Shown here one piece after another: positions 16,771 through 24,228 of a stretch of 25,119 nucleotides of DNA; within the stretch, counting starts at the first letter, position 1, and every line of letters begins with the position of its first letter. Source of the DNA: a virus (taxonomy: Duplodnaviria; Caudoviricetes); IMG/VR virus record IMGVR_UViG_3300032303_000331, positions 1 to 25,119 of that record, one strand, 5' to 3'. Both the position numbers and the translations under genes were made by a program. Under the pieces are notes generated by a model. It ran no database searches and was not told the DNA's origin. It was given only the letters and a program-made list of their open reading frames with translations.

Positions 16771-17277
16771 ATGAAGGACGAAAAAACACTTGAACGTATT
16801 AAATTACTTCACCCTAAATTAAGGGACGAAGCAACTGAAATGTACGACGAAATTATTGCTGCGCTTACAGGAAATGCAGCGTGTCGTTTTGCTTACACAT
16901 TAAGAACATTCGCAGAACAGGACGGATTGTATGCGCAAGGGCGTTCTAAGCCGGGCGCAATTGTAACAAATGCAAAAGGCGGTCAATCATATCATAACTA
17001 TGGTTTGGCAATAGATATTGTTTTATTGTTGGATACAGATAAAAACGGTAGCTTTGAAACTGCAAGTTGGGATACCAAAACAGATTTTGACAAAGACGGA
17101 AAATCAGATTGGATTGAAATTGTCAATATTTTTAAAAGGTACGGTTATGAATGGGGTGGCGATTGGAAGTTTACAGATTTACCACACTTTCAAAAAACAT
17201 TCGGAAAATCAATAAAAGAATTGCAATCATTGCATTCACAAAATAAAGTTGACAAAAACGGATTCGTACTAATTTAA
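16771..17277 (+). CDS. Endolysin, M15-family (L-Ala-D-Glu peptidase-like) metallopeptidase
   Basis: RTFAEQDGLYAQGR, VTNAKGGQSYHNYGLAID (SxHxxGxAxD), EWGGDW, DLPHFQ. Confidence 0.9.
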   Translation: MKDEKTLERIKLLHPKLRDEATEMYDEIIAALTGNAACRFAYTLRTFAEQDGLYAQGRSKPGAIVTNAKGGQSYHNYGLAIDIVLLLDTDKNGSFETASWDTKTDFDKDGKSDWIEIVNIFKRYGYEWGGDWKFTDLPHFQKTFGKSIKELQSLHSQNKVDKNGFVLI

Positions 17278-17284
17278 ACCAAAT

Positions 17285-18031
17285 ATGACAAAAATAAACC
17301 TAAAAACAAAACGCCGCAGACTATTTTTTGACATTGAAACTTCACCAAACATTGGTCTATTTTGGGAAGCAGGCTATAAAAAGAATATTGATTATTCAAA
17401 CATAATTCAAGAACGTGCTATTATTTGTATCTGTTATAAGTGGGAAGATGAAAAAGAAGTTTATGCGCTTAATTGGGACGCAAAGCAGAATGATAAACGA
17501 ATGCTTGAACAGTTTATTGAAGTTGCAAATATGTCTAACGAAATGGTCGGTCACAATGGGGACAAATTTGACTTGGCTTGGATACGAACAAGGTGTTTGT
17601 TTCACGGTATATCAATGTTTCCTAAATATACAACCATTGATACGTTAAAAGTTGCCCGTCAAAAGTTTAGATTTAATTCTAATAGGTTGAATTACATAGC
17701 CGATTTTTTAGGTTTAGGTCAGAAAATTAAAACAGAATACAGTCTTTGGAAGGATATACTTTTGCGCAAAGACAAAGTTGCAATGGAAGCAATGATAAAA
17801 TATTGCAAAAAAGACGTTGTTTTGCTTGAAAAAGTTTTTAAATTGTTAAACAATCATATTGAATCAAAAACGCATTATGGCGTTATATTTGGTGAAGATA
17901 GGGGAACGTGTCCCGAATGTGGGTCAGACGATTTGACAAAAAACAATAAGGTCGTAACTGCAACAGGGTTAACCCGTATTCAATACAAGTGCAAAACTTG
18001 TAATAAATATCATTCTAAAACCGACAAATAA
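17285..18031 (+). CDS. RNase H-like DEDD (DnaQ/YprB-like) 3'-5' exonuclease with C-terminal zinc ribbon
   Basis: FFDIET, GHNGDKFD, IDTL, YCKKDV; CPECGS...CKTC. Confidence 0.8.
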   Translation: MTKINLKTKRRRLFFDIETSPNIGLFWEAGYKKNIDYSNIIQERAIICICYKWEDEKEVYALNWDAKQNDKRMLEQFIEVANMSNEMVGHNGDKFDLAWIRTRCLFHGISMFPKYTTIDTLKVARQKFRFNSNRLNYIADFLGLGQKIKTEYSLWKDILLRKDKVAMEAMIKYCKKDVVLLEKVFKLLNNHIESKTHYGVIFGEDRGTCPECGSDDLTKNNKVVTATGLTRIQYKCKTCNKYHSKTDK

Positions 18032-18235
18032 ATGAGCAAAATCCTATATACTATTATTGACGATTTATTGGCGCGTGAAGACAAAGGAATAAAAGAATAC
18101 GGCAAAACAATGGACAGAATGGATTTGACCGAAATGGATTGGTTGCAGAACGCCTATGAAGAAGCTTTGGATTTAAGCATTTACTTAAAAAAACTTATAA
18201 ATATTAAAAACAATGAAAATGCCAAAAGGTTTTAA
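18032..18235 (+). CDS. Small all-alpha protein, possibly NTP-pyrophosphohydrolase (MazG-like) fold
   Basis: R..KGIKEYG.TMDR.DL...DWLQNAYEEALDLSIYL, with an EExxD acidic motif. Confidence 0.5.
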   Translation: MSKILYTIIDDLLAREDKGIKEYGKTMDRMDLTEMDWLQNAYEEALDLSIYLKKLINIKNNENAKRF

Positions 18236-18401
18236 TAAATGGACACTTCAGCAACAAGAAGAATTTTTTATTAAAAGACTGCAAGAATTATACGCAATTG
18301 AAAGCGATATGAAAAGGAATTTGGCAAAGATACGCGGGGGAAATAGACTTAATTTTAGTGAAATAGAACGTCCGGACGAAATTGCTTTAAAAGGTTTATA
18401 A
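18213..18401 (+). CDS. Hypothetical protein
   Basis: 62 aa ORF overlapping both neighbours; start may be 18219. Confidence 0.55.
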   Translation: MKMPKGFNKWTLQQQEEFFIKRLQELYAIESDMKRNLAKIRGGNRLNFSEIERPDEIALKGL

Positions 18402-18661
18402 TGGAAGAACAAAAACCAAATACCGAACCCGAAGTTTCTGAAGAAGCCATTGAATGGGAAGAAGCGGAAGCGACCACACGTGGTGATTTAATAAGCTGCG
18501 CATATTACGCATATAGTACAGTTGAAGATATTGATTTGACGTTGCTTTCAAGAATAGAAGCAAACAAAATACGTCGCATTAGAAGACAATCATTAGACAT
18601 TATTGCCGAAGTTATTGGCGAAATGCACGCCGAAATATTTGATTTAGGCGAAGAAGAATAA
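18401..18661 (+). CDS. Hypothetical acidic protein
   Basis: 86 aa; TAATG overlap with the previous gene. Confidence 0.6.
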   Translation: MEEQKPNTEPEVSEEAIEWEEAEATTRGDLISCAYYAYSTVEDIDLTLLSRIEANKIRRIRRQSLDIIAEVIGEMHAEIFDLGEEE

Positions 18662-18699
18662 CCATTTATCAGTTTATTTTACCGTTTATCCATATATTT

Positions 18700-18732
18700 T
18701 TTGGATTGTATTGTGCATATTGTGTATATTTG
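18700..18732 (+). promoter_or_regulatory. Bacteroidota-type sigma70 promoter (-33 TTTG / -7 TAnnTTTG) for the early module
   Basis: TTTG at 18700-18703, 21-nt spacer, TATATTTG at 18725-18732, upstream of ATG 18754. Confidence 0.7.
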
Positions 18733-18753
18733 TGTTAACAAAACCAAATAATA

Positions 18754-18969
18754 ATGACAATTACAAACGAAACAATTGGCGAATTGTATTTAAGAAACAC
18801 AAACCGCGCCGCAGATTATGCAGGTGCTTTGGGGTTCAGTCGTGGAACTTTAAATTTAATTTTAAAGTATGTCAAAGAAAATGACATTGAACGTATTGAA
18901 AGCCTTGCGCACGAAGCATTAGAAGAAATTGAAAACGTATTTATTAAACATCAAATAAATTCAAAATGA
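18754..18969 (+). CDS. Hypothetical early protein
   Basis: 71 aa, first ORF after the promoter; A-rich leader; ATGA-type overlap region with the next gene. Confidence 0.6.
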   Translation: MTITNETIGELYLRNTNRAADYAGALGFSRGTLNLILKYVKENDIERIESLAHEALEEIENVFIKHQINSK

Positions 18970-19220
18970 ATCATTTACACGAATTGGACAAACTTCGTAA
19001 CAATGTTAGTTACTGCGAATGGCTTTTTGATATTAGCACCGCATCAAATGCACGTAAAAGGTTGGAAATGGTAAAAAATGCACGTCAAGATTTAAAGGAA
19101 TTTAAAGCAAAGTATTTCCCGCATTTATTAGTTCAGCCAAAAAGCAATTTTCCAAAAGAACCTTTTGTGCCTATGTCAACTTGGTCAGAAAAATTTGAAG
19201 AATACGGAGATATGTATTAA
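18966..19220 (+). CDS. Hypothetical protein
   Basis: 84 aa, tightly packed with neighbours. Confidence 0.6.
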   Translation: MNHLHELDKLRNNVSYCEWLFDISTASNARKRLEMVKNARQDLKEFKAKYFPHLLVQPKSNFPKEPFVPMSTWSEKFEEYGDMY

Positions 19221-19243
19221 ATTTATAAACCTAAAACAAACCT

Positions 19244-19864
19244 ATGAAATTAGTAAAAATTCAGGCGGAATTAAAAGCGCCCAAAGGACAATTAAACAAA
19301 TTCGGCAATTACCGTTACCGCAGCGCCGAAGATATTATTGAAGCGGTAAAACCAATACTGCACAAAAACGGTTGCGCGCTAATTATAACCGACGAAATTG
19401 TGCAGGTTGCTGACCGTGTTTATGTAAAAGCGACGGCGGCAATATTTGACCAAGACAATATTGACTTTCAATTTACTGCGCACGGTTGGGCGCGTGAAGA
19501 AGAAGTAAAAAAAGGAATGGACGCCGCACAAATAACAGGGTCAGCTTCTTCGTATGCCCGCAAATATGCGCTAAACGGACTGTTTGCAATTGATGATACC
19601 AAAGACGCAGACGCAACAAACGAACACAAAGACGAAGTCGGGAATGACAAACGTTTATATTTGTTAACTTTGTTGGAATCCACGACATACGACGAACAGG
19701 CAAAAGAAAAGTTGGCTATTCGTATTGAAGCATTAACAACAAAAGAATCATACGACAAAGCTTTATTAAACCTGCAATTAAACCAAATACAGGACAAAGA
19801 CCGTATTGCAATGGGTATGAATTACAATCAAACAGACATTAAAAAAACAACAAAAACAAAATAA
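19244..19864 (+). CDS. erf: ERF-family single-strand annealing recombinase
   Basis: IQAELKAPKGQLNKFGNYRYRSAEDI, KGMDAAQITGSASSYARKYALNGLFAIDDTKDAD. Confidence 0.9.
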   Translation: MKLVKIQAELKAPKGQLNKFGNYRYRSAEDIIEAVKPILHKNGCALIITDEIVQVADRVYVKATAAIFDQDNIDFQFTAHGWAREEEVKKGMDAAQITGSASSYARKYALNGLFAIDDTKDADATNEHKDEVGNDKRLYLLTLLESTTYDEQAKEKLAIRIEALTTKESYDKALLNLQLNQIQDKDRIAMGMNYNQTDIKKTTKTK

Positions 19865-20259
19865 TGCGCGAATATACCATTGAAGAATTAACGAGCAAAG
19901 CGGAACGAATGTTGGACTTTTTACAGAAGCCTTTGCCTAAAAACGACACGCCTGATTATCACGATTCATTAATTAAACGTTTAGATACTTTAAATATTGC
20001 AATGACACAATCAGGTGAATACAGAACCGCCGCAGAATATAAAATTGAATGCGTTATTGACGGGGAAATTGGCGACAAAATCGGTGAAATAATGGACGGC
20101 AAACTTGCAACGTCAACTGTCAATATGTGGATAAAAAGCAAGGCGCGTGAATGGTCAAGATTGAAGAACGCATTTGACAGAATAAATGCTTCTTCAGTTC
20201 ATCAAATAGACGCAATTCGTTCAATTCTTAGTTGGGAAAAAGCCAAAATAAACCTTTAA
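19864..20259 (+). CDS. Hypothetical helical protein in the recombination module
   Basis: 131 aa; C-terminal RINASSVHQIDAIRSILSWEK; TAATG overlap with erf. Confidence 0.6.
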   Translation: MREYTIEELTSKAERMLDFLQKPLPKNDTPDYHDSLIKRLDTLNIAMTQSGEYRTAAEYKIECVIDGEIGDKIGEIMDGKLATSTVNMWIKSKAREWSRLKNAFDRINASSVHQIDAIRSILSWEKAKINL

Positions 20260-20262
20260 AAA

Positions 20263-20478
20263 ATGAATCAAGAAACCTATCAAGATTACGAAAATGGAAT
20301 GCAAAATTTGCTTCCAATGGAACGTCAAATGTTATTAGCAAAAGTTTACCATTATTGTTGGTATTCACCCGAAGCTTATCAGGAATTAAGCGCATACCTT
20401 GCAAAATGGGAAAATGAATGTGAATTTAAAGCAGTATTTTTTAATCAGGAATCAGAAGATTCCACAAACCAAATATAA
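20263..20478 (+). CDS. Hypothetical protein
   Basis: 71 aa ORF that fits between neighbours without overlap. Confidence 0.55.
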   Translation: MNQETYQDYENGMQNLLPMERQMLLAKVYHYCWYSPEAYQELSAYLAKWENECEFKAVFFNQESEDSTNQI

Positions 20479-20479
20479 A

Positions 20480-20713
20480 ATGTCAGAAGTAAAAAAAGAA
20501 TCAATCGGTGCTTGGAAACGTACAACACCAAAAGGCGAAGTAATTAATTTCACAATAAACGGTCAACGTTATAATATGTGGGTAAATGGTTATAAAGACA
20601 AACCTGCGCAACCTGACTTCAAAATATATGAAGACAATTATGTTGCACCAACAGAAACAAAACCACAGTCAAAAACGGATTTTAAACCATTGTCAGAAGA
20701 CGATTTATTTTAA
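20480..20713 (+). CDS. Small putative ssDNA-binding protein (DUF736-like)
   Basis: Start at ATG 20480 (MSEVKKESIGAWKR); IGAW...NGYK...QPDFKI motif and an acidic SSB-type tail (SEDDLF). Confidence 0.6.
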   Translation: MSEVKKESIGAWKRTTPKGEVINFTINGQRYNMWVNGYKDKPAQPDFKIYEDNYVAPTETKPQSKTDFKPLSEDDLF

Positions 20714-20715
20714 TT

Positions 20716-21147
20716 ATGAATGAAGAACTTAAAAACGAATTGGTGCAATGTTATAAAAACAGTTTATCAAGCTTAAAAATGATTCATAAAACGTTAGTAA
20801 GTGCGAAAGTTATAACAGAAGATTTTGCAGTTAGTAAAGGCGCAACAGACATTAAACCGCACAGATTGATTGAATTAGTACAGGACGTATTTGAAGCAGA
20901 CGTTTTGGCTAAGAATAGGAAACAAGGTACAATCTTTGCGCGTAAGGCAAGCGCATATATTTTAAGGAAATTTACACAATTGTCTTTGAACGAAATTGCA
21001 CCTTTAATTGGGGTCGGTGACCATACAACAGTTATTTACAATATTCAAACTGCTTCAGATTTAATTGACACAGAAGATTGGTACAAAGAAAAAATTGACC
21101 AAATTGAAGAAGATATTGAAAGTTTTAATAACTTTGTAAGGAAATAA
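20716..21147 (+). CDS. Protein with DnaA C-terminal (domain IV)-like HTH
   Basis: ARKASAYILRKFTQLSLNEIAPLIGVGDHTTVIY resembles the DnaA domain IV signature; no AAA+ domain. Confidence 0.75.
   Translation: MNEELKNELVQCYKNSLSSLKMIHKTLVSAKVITEDFAVSKGATDIKPHRLIELVQDVFEADVLAKNRKQGTIFARKASAYILRKFTQLSLNEIAPLIGVGDHTTVIYNIQTASDLIDTEDWYKEKIDQIEEDIESFNNFVRK
21129..21136 (+). promoter_or_regulatory. Putative Bacteroidota -7 promoter box for the replication operon
   Basis: TAACTTTG matches TAnnTTTG; ATTG lies about 22 nt upstream; just 5' of the structured leader. Confidence 0.5.
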
Positions 21148-21152
21148 GTAAA

Positions 21153-21240
21153 TGCGTTATGCAACAACGCAGTATTAAATATATTGGGTCAAGGGTTTTA
21201 CAGGTAGTTGCATTGCCTGTTTGCCTGCGACCCTTTTTTT
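21153..21240 (+). ncRNA. Candidate cis-regulatory structured RNA (kissing-loop pseudoknot, terminator-like 3' end)
   Basis: Hairpin TGCGTT-ATGCAAC-AACGCA and hairpin ACAGGTA-GTTGCAT-TGCCTGT have exactly complementary 7-nt loops; outer stem GGGTC/GACCC is followed by T7. Confidence 0.6.
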
Positions 21241-21243
21241 ATT

Positions 21244-21939
21244 ATGGCAATATTTAGAAAAATACACGTCAGCTTTTGGAAGGACGAATTCATTGAAAGT
21301 CTGACACCTGAACAGAAGTTTTTTTATTTGTATTTAATGACAAATGACCGGACAACGCAATGCGGCATTTATGAAATTACAATAAAACAAATGTGTTATG
21401 ATACCGGGTATAATGAAGACACAATAAAAAAGCTAATTGAATTATTTACAAAATGTGGCAAAATTCAGTATTCTTTGGCAACAAAAGAAATTGCAATGAA
21501 GAATTGGCTGAAATACAATGATTCAACTTCACCAAAGGTAAAATCCTGTATAAACAAAGAACTTCTGAAGGTAAAAGATAGAGTATTGATACAGTATGCA
21601 TACAGTATGGATACACATACGCAAGAAGAAGAAGAAGAAGAACAAGAAGAAGAAGAAGAACAAGAAAAAGAACAAATTGATAATAAAATTTTGTTTTTAG
21701 ATAAAATTGAACCTTTTAAGGGTTTATTGGGGGAATCATACCAAGAATTTATTGATTATTGGTGCGAATCTTCAAAAAGTGGTAAATTGCGTTACCAAGC
21801 AGAAAAATTTTTTGACGTAAAACGCCGGGTTAATACTTGGCTTCAAAACAAATTAAAGTATGGAAATACAAAAAATACTGACCCAACCGCTTCAAGTCGC
21901 AAAAGAATGCAAGACTTACAAAATTGGGTTAATAGCTAA
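21244..21939 (+). CDS. Phage replication initiator / replisome organiser (N-terminal wHTH)
   Basis: Start at ATG 21244 (MAIFRKIHVSFWKD...LTPEQKFFYLYLMTN...CGIYEI); poly-E linker; C-terminal FIDYW...RVNTW domain. Confidence 0.75.
   Translation: MAIFRKIHVSFWKDEFIESLTPEQKFFYLYLMTNDRTTQCGIYEITIKQMCYDTGYNEDTIKKLIELFTKCGKIQYSLATKEIAMKNWLKYNDSTSPKVKSCINKELLKVKDRVLIQYAYSMDTHTQEEEEEEQEEEEEQEKEQIDNKILFLDKIEPFKGLLGESYQEFIDYWCESSKSGKLRYQAEKFFDVKRRVNTWLQNKLKYGNTKNTDPTASSRKRMQDLQNWVNS
21577..21675. repeat. Putative replication origin: four 11-bp iterons plus a GAA-rich tract inside the initiator gene
   Basis: GATAGAGTATT / GATACAGTATG / CATACAGTATG / GATACACATAC in tandem (21577-21620), then (GAA)n/CAA repeats. 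Confidence 0.55.
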
Positions 21940-22603
21940 TGAAGACCTGCCAATTATTGAAGCTTTTAAAGGCGACAAATTAAACTTGGCTTCACCTGTA
22001 ATTATAAGGGAAAATTTAGCCTATATTTTTACATTAATAGGTTTAACCCGTTTACCTGACAAAATGGAATTGGAAGTTATTGAAGACTATATTCGTACAA
22101 CATATCCGTATTTTACGGTGCAGGAAATGCGAATTGCTTTTAAAATGGCAGTTCAAGGTCGTTTTGAGTGCAATACAGACCATTACGAAAAGTTTTCACC
22201 AAAGTATATATCCCAAATAATGAACGCCTACAAAGCCAAAGCAAACGAAATACGTAAGAATTTACCGCCGCCACCTGAAACACCTGTGAAACAATTAACA
22301 GACGAAGAAATTGTTGAATTTACAAAAAACGATTGGCTGACAGGTAAGCGTCAAGACTTCAACCGTGTTTTTAATGCTGACAAAGTATTTTCAATTCTTT
22401 TAAGACAGGGTAAATTGAAATTTACACCTGAACAGATATTGGAAACAATTAAGGTTGTACGTGAAGACAACTTATACAGACTTAACCGGTTGAATCCATT
22501 AGAAGCCAAAGAGTTTACAAAAAGGGTTAAAAATGAAGACTTTATTGAATCACAATGTAAAAAATTAGCATTAGTCAAATATTTTGAAAATTTATCAAAT
22601 TAA
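21860..22603 (+). CDS. Replication-associated protein (possible helicase loader)
   Basis: 247 aa overlapping the 3' end of the initiator; EMRIAFKMAVQG...HYEKFSPKYISQIMNAYK; occupies the position of lambda P. Confidence 0.5.
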   Translation: MEIQKILTQPLQVAKECKTYKIGLIANEDLPIIEAFKGDKLNLASPVIIRENLAYIFTLIGLTRLPDKMELEVIEDYIRTTYPYFTVQEMRIAFKMAVQGRFECNTDHYEKFSPKYISQIMNAYKAKANEIRKNLPPPPETPVKQLTDEEIVEFTKNDWLTGKRQDFNRVFNADKVFSILLRQGKLKFTPEQILETIKVVREDNLYRLNRLNPLEAKEFTKRVKNEDFIESQCKKLALVKYFENLSN

Positions 22604-22784
22604 ATATACCAACTACGGAACTTTGAAATATTGTTATACAGACAATTTTATTGACTTTTATGCCAATTATCCTGAAGTAAAAACCAAAGAAAACCGATTA
22701 CTATTTACAAAATCATTTTATGAAAAAGTGCAACAGGTGCAAAAAGAACTTGGATTGGGACAAATTCAGGAAGGACAAACGTAA
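22584..22784 (+). CDS. Hypothetical protein (TTG start)
   Basis: 66 aa ORF filling the gap and overlapping both neighbours. Confidence 0.4.
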   Translation: MKIYQIKYTNYGTLKYCYTDNFIDFYANYPEVKTKENRLLFTKSFYEKVQQVQKELGLGQIQEGQT

Positions 22785-22881
22785 CCTTGACGGGTATTAT
22801 GGTTATTGCAGAATATGCAGTAAAGAAAAAACCGAAATATATAAAAACAAAATTAAAGAAGGTACAATAAAAGCATTTTAA
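22720..22881 (+). CDS. Small zinc-finger protein (53 aa, absent from ORF track)
   Basis: MKKCNRCKKNLDWDKFRKDKRNLDGYYGYCRICSKE...; CxxC...CxxC; its stop abuts the next ATG. Confidence 0.7.
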   Translation: MKKCNRCKKNLDWDKFRKDKRNLDGYYGYCRICSKEKTEIYKNKIKEGTIKAF

Positions 22882-23196
22882 ATGGACATATCCGCAAACG
22901 ACCTTACAAAATGGGCGAAGACAAACCTTGAATTAATTGGTTGGCGTTTAAATAGGGTTAACAATATACCATTTGCAAAACGAAAAGGTACAGTTCAAAA
23001 AGGTTGGGCGGACTTACAAGGTTATACTGAAAAAGGTGTTTATATAGCGGTTGAAGTTAAAAAGATAGGTGACAAATTAAGCAAAGAACAAAGGGAACGA
23101 TTAAAAGATATTTTTGAATGTGGGGGGATTGTCTATATTTGTACTGAAGTAGAAAACAAACCTGCTTTAATTGAATGGTCAAAAATAAAATTTTAG
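22882..23196 (+). CDS. VRR-NUC-like PD-(D/E)XK nuclease (possible Holliday junction resolvase)
   Basis: KGWADLQG...AVEVK...DKLSKEQ...GGIVYI. Confidence 0.75.
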   Translation: MDISANDLTKWAKTNLELIGWRLNRVNNIPFAKRKGTVQKGWADLQGYTEKGVYIAVEVKKIGDKLSKEQRERLKDIFECGGIVYICTEVENKPALIEWSKIKF

Positions 23197-23675
23197 CTGA
23201 ATTTTGGGACTTAAAAGAAGTCAACGAAGCATTTGGCAAAATGCAACCTGAAGAATTGCGGTATGACCTGAAGGCAGAAGTTTTTTTAGTTCTTTGTGAA
23301 ATGGACGAACAAAAGTTAATTGGACTGTACGAACGAAACGAATTAAGATTTTATATTGTACGTACAATGCTGAATATGATTAAAAGCGACAGAAGTACAT
23401 TTTATAAAAATTACAGAAACCATATTGAATTTGTGGCGGCTGATTTGAACAGGGAAATTAAACGTATAAATGACGAACCAACAGATTTGGTTGACAAATT
23501 AGAAAAGAATTTGGAAGGTTTACATTGGTACAATAAGGAAATATTAAAACTATATGCAATTGATTTTAAAAAGAATGCAAAAGAACTAAGCAGAAAAACA
23601 GGCATTCCATATATGTCAATTGTCAGAACTATAAATAAAACCAAAAAACAAATGAAACAAAACATACGCAAATGA
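23175..23675 (+). CDS. Sigma-70/ECF-like transcription factor
   Basis: DLKAEVFLVL (region 2-like), FYIVRTMLN, C-terminal HTH KELSRKTGIPYMSIVRTI (region 4-like). Confidence 0.65.
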   Translation: MVKNKILAEFWDLKEVNEAFGKMQPEELRYDLKAEVFLVLCEMDEQKLIGLYERNELRFYIVRTMLNMIKSDRSTFYKNYRNHIEFVAADLNREIKRINDEPTDLVDKLEKNLEGLHWYNKEILKLYAIDFKKNAKELSRKTGIPYMSIVRTINKTKKQMKQNIRK

Positions 23676-23911
23676 TTTTATCAATTTTAACCGCAGTCTG
23701 TGCATCACTATTTATTAACGATATACATAACCTTCCCTATAAATGGAAAGCGAATTTCAAGCCATTTAATTGCGGAAGTTGCTTGGCTGCGTGGCTTGCA
23801 CCAATACACTATTTCGCACCTGAATTAATACAAAATATAACTTCGTGCATATTTATTGCCGGATTTATAGCACCAATTGTTTCAAAGTTAATATGGAATT
23901 TATGGAAATAA
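23672..23911 (+). CDS. Small membrane protein with CxxC motif
   Basis: Hydrophobic segments around KPFNCGSCLAAW; ATGA overlap with the previous gene. Confidence 0.6.
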   Translation: MILSILTAVCASLFINDIHNLPYKWKANFKPFNCGSCLAAWLAPIHYFAPELIQNITSCIFIAGFIAPIVSKLIWNLWK

Positions 23912-24228
23912 AGCAAGAACACCGCGACTTTTTAGACGCCAATATTGGCAATTATGAAAGCGCACAAAATGGATATGTCCGAAACTTAGAATTGAATGTA
24001 TTGCAAATGTATGAACATATTTACCGTATGTATTTAGACAAAAATTTTTTAATGTCTGTTTGGTGCGGCGCTTGTAAATTTGATATGATTATGCGTTTAT
24101 ATAATTGGTATGTGGCACAACCAAAACAAGTTGAACCTAAACCAATACGTGAACAATTTGAAACAGTTGTAAATGCAATTGAAAAAGAAATAAAAAAACG
24201 AGGACGTAAACCCAAAGCAAATGGCTAA
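23902..24228 (+). CDS. Hypothetical protein with CxxC motif
   Basis: Likely start ATG 23902 (MEIKQEHRDFL); WCGAC; basic KKRGRKPK tail. Confidence 0.55.
   Translation: MEIKQEHRDFLDANIGNYESAQNGYVRNLELNVLQMYEHIYRMYLDKNFLMSVWCGACKFDMIMRLYNWYVAQPKQVEPKPIREQFETVVNAIEKEIKKRGRKPKANG

Noticed and set aside
20716-21147. Bona fide dnaA gene
   Set aside because: Only 143 aa, with no Walker motifs or AAA+ domain.
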